A stretch of DNA of 64,000 nt, from positions 74,558-138,557 of the forward strand of contig CAIUWK010000068.1 of NCBI GenBank assembly GCA_903902855.1, in the 5' to 3' direction. Positions 45,891 through 57,208 of the stretch are shown here, in pieces. The position numbers were made by a program, and so were the translations under genes. The DNA comes from an uncultured Geobacter sp. (GTDB taxonomy: Bacteria; Desulfobacterota; Desulfuromonadia; Geobacterales; CAIOGM01). The notes beneath the pieces are model-generated. The model had not been told where the DNA came from and searched no databases. It saw nothing but the letters and a program-made list of their open reading frames with translations. The first letter of the stretch is position 1; every line of letters begins with the position of its first letter.

Positions 45891-46379
45891 TTACTCCAGG
45901 GTTGTCCCCCCCAGGTGCAACAGGAACTCCCACTCTTCGGGGCGCACCGGCTGCACGGAGAGTCGACTCCGTTTTACCAGCTCCATCCCGGCCAGGAGCG
46001 GCTGCTTTTTGATCTCATCCAGGGTTACCTGCTGCGCCAATGGTTGCACATACCTCACATCCACCATGTACCAGATGGGATTCTCAGCACTGCTCTTGGG
46101 GTCGAAATGCTCCCCTGACGGGTCCCGGGCGGTAAAATCGGGATATCCCTCCCGCACCACCTCCACCACACCGACGATGGCCGGCTGGGAGATATTGCTG
46201 TGATAGAAGAAACCGAAGTCACCCGGCCTGATCTCGTCACGCAAGAGGTTGCGGGCCTGGTAGTTGCGCACCCCGTCCCACTTCTCCGTCATCCCGGGAG
46301 CATTTTTCAGATTTTCAAAAGAAAAGCATCCCGGCTCCGACTTGAAGAGCCAGTAGCGGCGCTCACGCTCCATGGTCAT
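45891..46379 (-). CDS. EVE domain (PUA-like) protein
   Basis: 162 aa. YWLFKSEP...W.GVRNYQARN......GD..FFYHS pattern. Confidence 0.8.
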   Translation of the reverse strand: MTMERERRYWLFKSEPGCFSFENLKNAPGMTEKWDGVRNYQARNLLRDEIRPGDFGFFYHSNISQPAIVGVVEVVREGYPDFTARDPSGEHFDPKSSAENPIWYMVDVRYVQPLAQQVTLDEIKKQPLLAGMELVKRSRLSVQPVRPEEWEFLLHLGGTTLE

Positions 46380-47617
46380 TTCAGCAGATGCACGAACAGT
46401 CCGCTCCGAAGTTTCGGCTCGAACCAGGTGGACTTGGGAGGCATGATCTTATCCTCGTCGGAGAGTGCCATGAGCTCTCCCAGAGAGGTGGGAAAGAGGG
46501 CAAAGGCCACCGCGTAGGAACCGGAATCCACCAGCCGCTCCAACTCCCCCATGCCGCGGATCCCCCCCACGAACTGAATCCGCTGATCGGTGCGGGGATC
46601 GTCGATCCCCAGAAGCGGCCGGAGCAGGTTGTTCTGCAGGATGGAGACATCCAGCTTCGCCACCGAATCGTTCTCGTCAAAGCTCTCCGCTTCAGGAGTC
46701 AGCCGTGACCATACCCCCTGAAGATACATGCCGAACGTATGCCGCTCCCGGGGTTGAAAGCGTCCCTCCCACGGGGTCACCAGGAAACTCTCCCCCAGGC
46801 CGGCCAGGAACTCCTGGGAAGAGAGGCCGTTCAGGTCGTTCACCACCCGGTTGTAGGGCATGATGGTCATCTCGTCATCGGGAAAGATGACGGTGAGAAA
46901 GGTGTTGTACTCCTCGTCCCCGCCATGTGCAGCGTTGGCAGCCCGGCGCAGCTCCCGCACCCGACTGGCAGCCGCGCTCCGGTGATGACCATCGGCCACA
47001 TAGAGGGGAACGATGGCACCGAACAGGGAGGTGAGCCGACCGATTTCTTCCCGTCCCCGGACGACCCAAAGCTGATGTTCCACCCCGTCATCCGTGGTAA
47101 AGTCGTACTCCGGCACCCCTTGGGTCAGCGTCGCAATGAGGGAGGAGAGCTCCGGGTTGTGACGGTAGGTATAGAAGACCGGTTCGTCGTTGGCGTCCAG
47201 GGCATCGATATGCCTGACCCGGTCCTCTTCCTTGTCGGCCCGGGTCAGTTCATGCTTTTTGATCACCCCGGTCTGGTAGTCATCCACGCTGGTACAGGTC
47301 ACGAGCCCCGTCTGAATCAGCTCACCCATCCGCTGGCGATAGACGTAGTAACACTCTTCATCCTCCTGAACCAGAACACCGTCACGGATGAAGGCCTGGA
47401 GATTCTCCCGCCCCTTCTCGTAAACCGGGTCGTCATGGGAATCGGTCCCCAGGGGGAGGTCGATCTCGGGCCGGGTGATATGGAGGAAACTGTAAGGGTT
47501 CCCCTCGGCCATGACCCGGGCCTCGGCCACGCTCATGACATCATAGGGGAGCGATGCCACTTTTCCAGCCAACTCTTGCCGGGGACGCACCGCCCGGAAC
47601 GGTTTGATGAACGCCAT
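46376..47617 (-). CDS. DUF1015 family protein
   Basis: 413 aa. N-terminal IKPFRAVRP...VASLPYDV and central ADGHHR motif. Confidence 0.8.
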   Translation of the reverse strand: MAFIKPFRAVRPRQELAGKVASLPYDVMSVAEARVMAEGNPYSFLHITRPEIDLPLGTDSHDDPVYEKGRENLQAFIRDGVLVQEDEECYYVYRQRMGELIQTGLVTCTSVDDYQTGVIKKHELTRADKEEDRVRHIDALDANDEPVFYTYRHNPELSSLIATLTQGVPEYDFTTDDGVEHQLWVVRGREEIGRLTSLFGAIVPLYVADGHHRSAAASRVRELRRAANAAHGGDEEYNTFLTVIFPDDEMTIMPYNRVVNDLNGLSSQEFLAGLGESFLVTPWEGRFQPRERHTFGMYLQGVWSRLTPEAESFDENDSVAKLDVSILQNNLLRPLLGIDDPRTDQRIQFVGGIRGMGELERLVDSGSYAVAFALFPTSLGELMALSDEDKIMPPKSTWFEPKLRSGLFVHLLK

Positions 47618-47630
47618 ATGAAGACTCCTT

Positions 47631-47739
47631 GGTAACTTCAGGCTGAAGGCTATCAGAAAAAGATCTGCAAAATCAATAAATACGGCTTATACAAGACGGG
47701 GTCAACCTTCAGTCTTCAGCCTTAATACCTGCGTAGTTC
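47631..47739. repeat. Heptamer-arm hairpin element, copy D
   Basis: GGTAACTTCAGGCTGAAGGC - core (TATCAGAAAAAGATCTGCAAAATCAATAAA..TATACAAGACGGGGTCAA) - CCTTCAGTCTTCAGCCTT..CCTGCGTAGTTC. Abuts the stop of the NlpC/P60 gene. Confidence 0.8.
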
Positions 47740-48539
47740 TAAAAATACCGCCGGGCGCCGATGAAGCGCTTCTCGAAATAGGACTCATCCACCCGCGACA
47801 CCTTGATATCGTCACCCCGCCGGGGGGCATGAACGAAGCGACCGTCACCCACGTAGATCCCCACATGGTTGATCCTGTTGACGGAATCGCCGAAAAAAAC
47901 CAGATCACCGTCCCGCAGCTCCCCCTTGCCGATGGTCTGGCCGGTCTGGAACTGCTCACCGGAAGTGCGGGGGATGTTGACCCCGCAGAGGTTGAAGACC
48001 GCCCGGGCAAAGCCGCTGCAGTCCATGCCATCCACCACGGTGGTGCCACCCCACCGATAGGGTATCCCCACGAACCGTTCGGCGGTCCTTGCGGCAATCC
48101 CCCCCATCTCCCGGTCACCTCTGGGGATGATGCATTCCTCTCCCTTTTTCGGCTTTTTATCCGGCTTTCCCACCGGTTTTTCCGGTTTATCCGGTTTATC
48201 CGATTTTTCGGCGGGGGTGGCGCAAAACGGGGGAGCGATATAGTACGCCCCGATGACCTTCTCCTGCACCAGTTTTTCCGCCCCCCTTCGGGCCGCATCC
48301 TTTCTGGGGAAGTCGCCGAACCGGACGGCGTAGACTCCGTTCTCCTTCTTGAAGTAAAAGGCCTCCACCCCCTTGCTCTGAAGGGCAGTGGTGAGCCGCT
48401 CGGCGTTCTTCACCTCGGCAAAGGCCCCCACCTGGATGGAAAAGCCGATGCGGGTGACCCCCTGGGCCGGCAGCGCGAAGGCGCAACCTGACCAGAGGAG
48501 CGAAGCGAGGGTAAGGAGTGCAGAGAGTATGCGGCGCAT
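47739..48539 (-). CDS. Lipoprotein with SPOR domain, Lys/Pro-rich linker and NlpC/P60 (C40) peptidase domain
   Basis: 266 aa. Lipobox LWSGC, SPOR (FSIQVGAF...YAVRFGDF), KPDKPEKPVGKPDKKPKK linker, and NlpC/P60 catalytic MDCSGF...H...H. Confidence 0.85.
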   Translation of the reverse strand: MRRILSALLTLASLLWSGCAFALPAQGVTRIGFSIQVGAFAEVKNAERLTTALQSKGVEAFYFKKENGVYAVRFGDFPRKDAARRGAEKLVQEKVIGAYYIAPPFCATPAEKSDKPDKPEKPVGKPDKKPKKGEECIIPRGDREMGGIAARTAERFVGIPYRWGGTTVVDGMDCSGFARAVFNLCGVNIPRTSGEQFQTGQTIGKGELRDGDLVFFGDSVNRINHVGIYVGDGRFVHAPRRGDDIKVSRVDESYFEKRFIGARRYF

Positions 48540-48541
48540 TG

Positions 48542-49655
48542 TCAGCTCTCCTTCACCTCTCTCCGGATACCCATGAGAAAGGCGACGATGAACTCCTCCA
48601 GGTCGCCATCCAGGACAGCGTCGGGGTTACCGCTCTCCACGCCGGTCCGGAGGTCTTTGACCATCTTGTAGGGATGAAGCACGTAGGAACGGATCTGACT
48701 CCCCCAGCCGATCTCCTTCTTCTCTCCGGAGATCTCCGCTGCCTGGGCTTCCCGTTCCAGCACCTCTTTTTCATACAGCTTGGCCCGGAGGACCCGCATG
48801 GCCGTGGCCTTGTTCAGGTGCTGACTCCGTTCGGTCTGACAGGCCGCCACGAGGCCGGTGGGGATATGGGTCACCCGCACCGCGGAATCGGTGGTATTCA
48901 CGTGCTGCCCCCCGGCCCCGCTGGAGCGGTAGGTGTCAACCCGGAGGTCGGACTCCACAATCTTCACGTCGATATCGTCGGCAATCTCGGGAAAGGCAAA
49001 GACCGAGGCAAAGGAGGTATGCCGCCGGGCGTTGCTGTCGAAGGGGGAGATCCGGACCAGCCGGTGAATGCCGATCTCCGCCTTGAGGTAGCCATAGGCA
49101 TACTCGCCGGAGACCATGAGGGTGACCCCCTTGACCCCGGCCTCATCACCGGCCTGATAGTCGGTAATCTCGCTTTTCCACCCCCGGCGCTCGCAATAGC
49201 GGAGGTACATCCTCAAGAGCATCTCGGCCCAGTCCTGGGACTCGGTGCCGCCGGCTCCGGCGTTGATGGAGAAGAAGCAGTTGCTCCGGTCGTGCTGCCC
49301 CGAGAGCATCTTCTGGAACTCGGCTCCGTCCACCCCCCGCTCCAGTTCATCGTTGAGAGCGTGGACCTCTTCCAGCGTTGCCTGGTCCTCCATCTCCCCC
49401 CCCAGTTCGATGAGGACCTGAATATCCTCCATCTGCCGGTTGAGGCGATCCCACCCCTCCACGATCTTTTCCCTGGAAGTTCGCTCCTTCAGGAGAAGCT
49501 GGGCCTTCTCCTGGTTGTCCCAGAAATCCGGGGCAGCGAAGTGCGACTCCATCTCCTGTATCTCTTCCCGCTTCAGGTCGACGTCAAAGAGACCCCCGAA
49601 GCTTGACGATCCGCTCCTGGAGCGCTTCAACCCGTGCTACCTCTTCTCTGAACAT
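48542..49655 (-). CDS. prfB: Peptide chain release factor 2, with programmed +1 frameshift
   Basis: Frame 0 reads MFREEVARVEALQERIVKLRGSL, then CTT TGA C (TGA at 49586-49584), preceded by the SD-like GGGGG. The +1 frame continues DVDLKREEIQ... to 48542 and contains SPF and GGQ (SGAGGQHVN). Confidence 0.9.
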
Positions 49656-49668
49656 ATGTTTTTCTCCC

Positions 49669-51246
49669 TTACCTTGTAAATTCCTGTCCCTTGACCCGCT
49701 TGCGCCGGGCCACCACCACCAATAAAACCACGAAACCCCCACAGACCAAGTGAACAAAGAGGTCGCCGTAGAGGGTATGGAACGTCACCCGGTTGGTAAG
49801 CCGGATATCCCCCACCAGTACCGCCTCCTGGAAAAGGGGAGTAGTATCCGCTATCCGGCCGGTACTGTCAATAAGGGAAGAGATCCCCGTATTGGCGGCA
49901 CGCACCACCGGCACCCGATTTTCCACGGCCCGAAAGGCGTACATGGAGAGGTGCTGCCAAGGGGCCGACGACCGGCCGAACCAGGCATCATTGGTGATAT
50001 TCACCAGAAAACGACTCCCTTGGCGGATGTATCCCCGCGCCAGTTCGGGGAAAATACCCTCGAAGCAGACGAGGACCCCGGCGTCCCCCTTCCCCGTGGG
50101 AAAGGTGACGTACTTTGTGCCGGGAACGAAATCACCGATCCCCTCAACCATCTTGTGGACGAAGGGGAGAAGTTTCGCCAAGGGAACATACTCCCCAAAG
50201 GGGACCAGATGAATCTTGTCGCTGCGCGGGCCCACCTCACCGGTGGGAGTAAAGAAAAAGGCGCTATTGAGGTAGCGCGTCCGCTCCCCATCGCGCTCCA
50301 TGGCCGGACTCCCGACGATCATCCCGGACTTTGCCTCCCGGGCGAGAGTTCCGATCCGGGCGGAGAGCTGCGGCTCATCCTGTACGAAAAAAGGGGCCGC
50401 ACTTTCCGGCCAGACGATGAGGTCCAGCTTGCCTGAGGCGGCAGCCCGACGGGTGAGACGTTCATAAATCTGCAGGGTCGCCTCCTGAAAGGCAGGGTCC
50501 CATTTCACATCCTGGGGGATGTTCCCCTGAATCAACGCCACCTTGAGGGTCGCCCCGTCCGGGCTCTGCTTGAGACGGTGGAAACCGTACCCCACTGTTC
50601 CCGCCAGCAGGAACGCCAGGAGGAGTCCGCCGGAGAGGGGCCACCGACAGGGAGCCCCCCTCACCCCCCGACGGAGCACCAGGAAGAGGACCATATTGGC
50701 CAGGGCGATGAGAAAACTGAGGCCATAGACCCCGGTGATATCGGCGATCTGAATGAGGGGGAGCACCCTGTAGAGTGAATAGCCCAGAGTTCCCCAGGGG
50801 AAGCCGGAGAGGGCAAAGGAACGTAGATATTCCAGAGAGGTCCAGGCCAGGGGGAAGAGAAGGAGCGGAGAGACCCCTCTCACCTCGGCCCACCGGGTGA
50901 TACAGAGCGCCGTTGCCGGGTAGAGGGAGAGATAGGCGATCATCAGGAGAAAGAGAAAGAGAGAAACCAGCCAGGGGAGATGCCCGTATCTGGTCACCAC
51001 GATATTGATCCAGTAGAGGAGTCCCCCGAATCCCGCCAGACCGGTCACGAACCCCAACCGGAACGCCCGACCGGGGCTTTTGTGACGGCACGCCAGAAAG
51101 AGCGGGATAAAGGCGACCCAGGCCAGAGGCCAGAGTCCCGCCTTGGGAAAAGAGAGCGCATACAGCACGCCGGAGAGGAGCGCCAGCAGGTAGTCACGCC
51201 GGGGGATGCTCTTGAAATCGGCCAGGCCGAATCTGCGGTAATCCAT
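49669..51246 (-). CDS. lnt: Apolipoprotein N-acyltransferase
   Basis: 525 aa. Multiple N-terminal TM helices and a C-terminal CN-hydrolase domain (VWPE...K...VCFE). Confidence 0.9.
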   Translation of the reverse strand: MDYRRFGLADFKSIPRRDYLLALLSGVLYALSFPKAGLWPLAWVAFIPLFLACRHKSPGRAFRLGFVTGLAGFGGLLYWINIVVTRYGHLPWLVSLFLFLLMIAYLSLYPATALCITRWAEVRGVSPLLLFPLAWTSLEYLRSFALSGFPWGTLGYSLYRVLPLIQIADITGVYGLSFLIALANMVLFLVLRRGVRGAPCRWPLSGGLLLAFLLAGTVGYGFHRLKQSPDGATLKVALIQGNIPQDVKWDPAFQEATLQIYERLTRRAAASGKLDLIVWPESAAPFFVQDEPQLSARIGTLAREAKSGMIVGSPAMERDGERTRYLNSAFFFTPTGEVGPRSDKIHLVPFGEYVPLAKLLPFVHKMVEGIGDFVPGTKYVTFPTGKGDAGVLVCFEGIFPELARGYIRQGSRFLVNITNDAWFGRSSAPWQHLSMYAFRAVENRVPVVRAANTGISSLIDSTGRIADTTPLFQEAVLVGDIRLTNRVTFHTLYGDLFVHLVCGGFVVLLVVVARRKRVKGQEFTR

Positions 51247-51271
51247 CGAGAAAAACCTTTATGTAGTGAGT

Positions 51272-52123
51272 TTATACAGTAGCAGCCTCGGAAGGCTCAT
51301 GTTGCTCTATGATCCGGACCTTCCGGATCTTGCGCTCATCGGCATCGACGATGGTCATGAGCAGCGCTCCGTAGGCAATCTCATCACCCGGTTTCGGAAT
51401 CCGGCCGATGAGGTGAAAGATCAGTCCGGCCACCGTGTCGAACTTGTCCCGCTCCACCACGATACCGAAACGCTCCTCCAACTCTTCTATGGGGAACCGG
51501 GCATCCACGACCACGGCGCCGTCGGACTGCTCGATGAGCCACTCCTCTTCGGTGTCATACTCATCCTGGATATCCCCCACGATCTGTTCCAGGATGTCCT
51601 CAATGGTGATCAGCCCGGAGGTACCGCCATACTCGTCCATGACGATGGCGATATGGACCCGTTTTCGCTTGAAATCCTGGAGGAGTTCTTCAAAATTCTT
51701 GGTTTCGGGGATGAAAAAGGGGGGACGCATGAGCCGCTGCAGCTGAATATCCGCCGCATCTTTTCCCCATTCCCGCAGGAGATCCTTGGCGTAGAGAAGG
51801 CCGGTGATGTTGTCCAAGGTCCCTTCATACACCGGTATCCGCGAGTGACCGCAGCGGTTGATGGTCTCCAGGATCTCTCCCATGGAGGCATCCAGGGGAA
51901 CGGCTGCCATATCGGTCCGGGGGACCATGATCTCCCGGACGACCTTGTTCTTCATCTCGAAGATGGAACGGATCATCTCGTTCTCATCCTCGTTAAGGAG
52001 CCCCTCCACTTCACCGGCGTCGATGATCTCCTGAATCGCTTCGCCTGTGACCTTTTTCCTTCCTGAAATGATACTACCGATGAGTTCCCGGAGGCCGGGA
52101 CTCTTTCGAGGAGCTTCGTCCAA
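51272..52123 (-). CDS. CorC/HlyC family protein (CBS pair plus transporter-associated domain)
   Basis: 283 aa. REIMVPRTDM, tandem CBS domains and a C-terminal CorC_HlyC domain. Confidence 0.85.
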   Translation of the reverse strand: MDEAPRKSPGLRELIGSIISGRKKVTGEAIQEIIDAGEVEGLLNEDENEMIRSIFEMKNKVVREIMVPRTDMAAVPLDASMGEILETINRCGHSRIPVYEGTLDNITGLLYAKDLLREWGKDAADIQLQRLMRPPFFIPETKNFEELLQDFKRKRVHIAIVMDEYGGTSGLITIEDILEQIVGDIQDEYDTEEEWLIEQSDGAVVVDARFPIEELEERFGIVVERDKFDTVAGLIFHLIGRIPKPGDEIAYGALLMTIVDADERKIRKVRIIEQHEPSEAATV

Positions 52124-52144
52124 CGCCTGATTCCTCCTTCGCTG

Positions 52145-52864
52145 TTACAGAATATGCTCCGGTCTGATGGTCCTGAAGAGCAGGGAAATGATTACCGTGA
52201 TGACGCTGCCGGTCAACGCGCCGAAAATCACCTCGCGCATGGTGTGGATATGCATGAGAAGTCGTGAATGGCTGACCATGGCAGCCAGGGCGATGGTCAG
52301 GATGGAGATGATCGGATCCCCGGTATTCAGGGAAACAGAGGTGGCGATGGAAAAGGCCACTGCCGCATGTCCGCTGGGGAGTCCCCCGTGCAGGGAGGAA
52401 CCGGTGCCGGTCAACGCCTTGAGGATGATCACGATGATGACCACGATGAGAATGGATACGAGAGTCGCCATCTCGCCGGGAGTGCCTATCATGGTGAGAA
52501 ATCTCCTGTAACAGGGAAAGATGTACTTGGCAAGGATTGAATACCCCATGACCGCCGCACCGCAGGCGGCGATGAGAACCCCCCCGGCCGCCGTATCCTT
52601 GGCCACCTTGGCCAGGGGGTGGTACTCCGGGGAGACCAGATCCACGATGGCCTCTATGGCCGTGTTGAGCATCTCGGCAAAGAGGACGAACGATACCGAC
52701 AGGCAGAGCAGGGTAAACTCCACTGACGAGATCCTCAGGAAGAGCACCGCCACCAGGAGCAGAATCGCCGAGCAGAAGTGGTACCGCATATGCTTCTGGG
52801 TCCGGGTGGCGTGGAGAATCCCCTGGATGGCGAAGTTGACCGAGTCGATGAACCGGTACGTCAC
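52145..52864 (-). CDS. Diacylglycerol/undecaprenol kinase (DgkA) fused to a PAP2 phosphatase domain
   Basis: DgkA motifs (NFAIQGI..E.LNTAIE..VD) followed by PAP2 motifs (PSGH...SR...H). The start is probably the GTG at 52864, overlapping the ybeY stop as GTGA (the ORF opens at 52885). Confidence 0.75.
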   Translation of the reverse strand: MTYRFIDSVNFAIQGILHATRTQKHMRYHFCSAILLLVAVLFLRISSVEFTLLCLSVSFVLFAEMLNTAIEAIVDLVSPEYHPLAKVAKDTAAGGVLIAACGAAVMGYSILAKYIFPCYRRFLTMIGTPGEMATLVSILIVVIIVIILKALTGTGSSLHGGLPSGHAAVAFSIATSVSLNTGDPIISILTIALAAMVSHSRLLMHIHTMREVIFGALTGSVITVIISLLFRTIRPEHIL

Positions 52865-53328
52865 CCCTGGAGCTCCTCCAGGCACCCGCTATGGCTGATG
52901 AGGGCAAACAGTTCCCGCTCCTTCTCCTCCATGCGCGCCGCCTCCTCCGGGCCGCTTCGCTCATGGTCGTACCCGGCCAGGTGCAGGATACCGTGCAACA
53001 GGAGAAAGGAGAGGCGGTGAAAAAAGGGAATCTCCGCTTCGGCCGCCTCGCGCTCCGCCGTTGCGGCGGAGATCACCACATCCCCCAGGACATCCGGGTT
53101 GACTCCGGAACACTCCCCTTCGTTCATGGCAAAGGAGATCACATTGGTGGGGCAATCTTTTCCCAGGTAGTCGCGGTTTAGGGTACGGATACTCCGATCC
53201 CCCACGACAGTGATGGCCAATTCTCTACCTGGCAATCCCAAGGCGTTTAAGATCGTCTGTGCCACCCCCCTGAGTTGCTTGGCTCTGATCGGCAGATATC
53301 TCTGCCGGTTCTCGATGGTAATCCTCAC
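52861..53328 (-). CDS. ybeY: rRNA maturation RNase YbeY
   Basis: 155 aa. HGILHLAGYDH zinc motif. GTG start preceded by GGGAGGAGGG. Confidence 0.9.
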   Translation of the reverse strand: MRITIENRQRYLPIRAKQLRGVAQTILNALGLPGRELAITVVGDRSIRTLNRDYLGKDCPTNVISFAMNEGECSGVNPDVLGDVVISAATAEREAAEAEIPFFHRLSFLLLHGILHLAGYDHERSGPEEAARMEEKERELFALISHSGCLEELQG

Positions 53329-55609
53329 GGTTGCTGTTCCCTCCTCCCCCCGTATCCCTGACGCCGGGTTCGGGGTATTCGATCCGTTGATGATGAATGC
53401 CGGAGAGTATCCGGTTGAAGCTTTTGGCTATTTCATGGAGGTTCTTCAGGGTCAGTTCGCACTCGTCCAACTGGCCGTCGGTGAAGATATTATTGATGAT
53501 CTTCTGCACCAGCCCCTGTATCCGGGCCGGCGTCGGATCGGTGAGGGTCCGGGAGGCGGCCTCCACGCAATCGGCCAGCATGACCAGTCCCGCCTCCCGG
53601 GTCTGGGGTTTCGTCCCTGGGTAACGGTACTCCCGTTCATCCACCACGCCATCCGCTCCCGCCTGATTTTTGGCCTTCTGATAAAAAAAGCTGATAAGCG
53701 AGGTGCCGTGGGTCTGACGGATGATGTCGATGATCGTCTGCCCCAGACGATTCCGGCGGGCCAATTCCACCCCTTCCTTCACATGGGCGATGAGGATCAG
53801 GGCGGACATGCTGGGGGCCAGCTTCTCGTGACGGTTGTCACCCCCTGCCACATTTTCGATGAAATAGAGCGGTTTGCTGATCTTGCCGATGTCGTGGTAA
53901 TAGGACGCCACCCGCGCCAGGAGCGGATTGGCATGAATCGCCTCGGCGGCCCCCTCCGCCAGGTTCCCCACCAAAATGCTGTGATGATAGGTGCCGGGCG
54001 CCTTGATCATCAGCTCTCGCAGCACCGGGGTATTGAGGCTGGAGAGTTCCAGGAGTTTGATATCGGTGGTGTAGAGGAACAGATTTTCCAGGAGCGGAAT
54101 CGTGGCATTGACGAAGGCGGCGGTGACGATTCCGCCGGCGGCGGCAAAGACGACGCAGAGGAGGGTCTGCATGGTGAAGAGATTGCCGGAGAGAATCTGG
54201 AAGGAGAGCGCCAGGGCGATCCCCACCACACTCACCTTGAGTCCCGCCAGGTAGATGGTTCCCCGATCCTTGCAGTGACGAACCCCGTGAGCCCCCACGA
54301 TGCCGGTCATGAGGGCATAGATGACGATGGAAAGACTATTCTCGAACATGATTCCGGCCAGAAGCGCGCAGACCGAGCTGTAGACCAGCGCCACCTCCGA
54401 GTTGATGAGAATCCTGACCAGCATCCCCCCCAGGGCAAAGGGGAAGAGATAGTAATAGTCGGTGACATGGATATACGGAAACATCCCCCCCATGGCCGAG
54501 GTGACCGCCAGTGACAGCCGGAGTCCCAGGAACAGACCGATGGTGATATAGGTGAGGAGGAGCAGATCCTTGCCGGAGGGGTTGAACTTCCTGATGTTCT
54601 TGCAGGCGAACCGGTAGGGGAAGACCAGCATGATCAGCGTCAGGCCGAAGACCCCCATCATCATGAAGAGCTGCTCCACGCCGCTCCGTCCCTGATAGAT
54701 CAGCGCCAGCTTCCGGGCCTGCTCCTCACGGATCACCTCCCCTTCGCGAACGATGATTTCCCCCCGTTTGACCTGAAACATGACCGGGGCAACGCCGTCA
54801 GAGGCTTCCTGGCGCTTCTTCCCGGAAGCCTCCCGGTTGAGAAACAGATTCGGTTTCAGGGTCCGGGCCAACACCCCTTTGAGCAGAGCCAGGTCACGGC
54901 GCACCCCGAACGCCGGCAACTGCGTCTTTTCCACCTGTCGCCGCGCCTCATCCAGCCCCAGGAACTGCTGATAACTCTGGGGCGACATCTCGGCGCCGGT
55001 TGTCCCCGTGACGACCAACCCGTGGAGCAGGTCATTGGCGAACCGCTCCTTGTTGGCCACAATGACCCGTTCATAGGTCCGGTTGGTCAACTCCGTCACC
55101 GCTCCCGCTATCTGCACGGAACGGAGGCGGGCCAGCAACTCCAGATCCTCCCCATCCACCTCAAACCCCGCCAGATCTGTGACCCTTTTCCTCAGCGTCC
55201 GCTTCAGCTCCGGATCGGAAGAGAGTCCGGCTTCCCGCACCAGTTCGAGAATGAGTCCCAGTCGCTGCCTCACCTCGGCAGCCGCAGACGGATTGAAAGT
55301 ATAGACCAGAGGGGCGGCCAGCGCGGCTTCTTTCCGTTTCTTCTCCGTGAGCTGCGTATCTTCCAGAAGATAGTTCTGATTGGCCCTGACACTGACGCCG
55401 GCAATGTCTCCGGCCTTGAAGCTGGTGGGGATGAGCTGTTGATGGGGGGTGATCAGGAGCGTGAGAATGAGGGAGGTAATGATGAGGAAGATCAGCCGGC
55501 TCCACCGGCTGGCCTCATCGCCGGCAAAACGGCCGCCGAGGGTGTCCAGGAGTATCCGGCCAACCCGGAGCAACGTAGTTAAGAAGTTCTTGCCGTTATC
55601 GGAGGGCAT
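53225..55609 (-). CDS. 7TM-receptor HD-domain phosphohydrolase (PgpH/YqfF-like)
   Basis: 794 aa. Extracellular N-terminal domain, 7 TM helices, and HD domain (HHSILVGNLAE...YHDIGK). Confidence 0.85.
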   Translation of the reverse strand: MPSDNGKNFLTTLLRVGRILLDTLGGRFAGDEASRWSRLIFLIITSLILTLLITPHQQLIPTSFKAGDIAGVSVRANQNYLLEDTQLTEKKRKEAALAAPLVYTFNPSAAAEVRQRLGLILELVREAGLSSDPELKRTLRKRVTDLAGFEVDGEDLELLARLRSVQIAGAVTELTNRTYERVIVANKERFANDLLHGLVVTGTTGAEMSPQSYQQFLGLDEARRQVEKTQLPAFGVRRDLALLKGVLARTLKPNLFLNREASGKKRQEASDGVAPVMFQVKRGEIIVREGEVIREEQARKLALIYQGRSGVEQLFMMMGVFGLTLIMLVFPYRFACKNIRKFNPSGKDLLLLTYITIGLFLGLRLSLAVTSAMGGMFPYIHVTDYYYLFPFALGGMLVRILINSEVALVYSSVCALLAGIMFENSLSIVIYALMTGIVGAHGVRHCKDRGTIYLAGLKVSVVGIALALSFQILSGNLFTMQTLLCVVFAAAGGIVTAAFVNATIPLLENLFLYTTDIKLLELSSLNTPVLRELMIKAPGTYHHSILVGNLAEGAAEAIHANPLLARVASYYHDIGKISKPLYFIENVAGGDNRHEKLAPSMSALILIAHVKEGVELARRNRLGQTIIDIIRQTHGTSLISFFYQKAKNQAGADGVVDEREYRYPGTKPQTREAGLVMLADCVEAASRTLTDPTPARIQGLVQKIINNIFTDGQLDECELTLKNLHEIAKSFNRILSGIHHQRIEYPEPGVRDTGGGGNSNREDYHREPAEISADQSQATQGGGTDDLKRLGIAR

Positions 55610-55675
55610 AGGCTCGCAGATTCCGTTACTACAGTCACCATTGCTGCTGAATAAAAACGGTACTATAGACTCACA

Positions 55676-55779
55676 CCGGTGGGGGTGTCAATGGAAACCC
55701 CAAAATTTAAGGAATGTGTTGTCTCTCCGGACGAATTCCCGCTCCTCCGAAGGGGGGAGAGATTATTTTCCTTTTTTTT
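55676..55779 (+). ncRNA. Candidate small transcript or 5' leader (orphan promoter-terminator pair) upstream of eno
   Basis: TTGCTG - 17 nt - TATAGA at 55641-55669. About 100 nt later there is a GC-rich hairpin (GTCTCTCC...GGGGAGAGA) followed by TTATTTTCCTTTTTTTT. No family recognised. Confidence 0.25.
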
Positions 55780-55799
55780 GCCCGTGAAGTGGTTTATAG

Positions 55800-57134
<1,335 letters not shown>

Positions 57135-57158
57135 TTATAAATTTCTTCCTGCTGAATA

Positions 57159-57192
57159 CAGCCGGTTACGCAATGTGGCCGGCTGTTTTTTT
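57159..57192 (+). terminator. Intrinsic terminator of eno
   Basis: CAGCCGG - loop - CCGGCTG followed by a run of seven Ts. Confidence 0.75.
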
Positions 57193-57208
57193 ACAAGGTG
57201 AGACGATC

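Noticed and set aside
52074-52964. A 296-aa minus-strand ORF overlapping corC, dgkA and ybeY.
   Set aside because: It is an alternative frame of well-supported genes, with an Arg/Gly/His-rich low-complexity translation.
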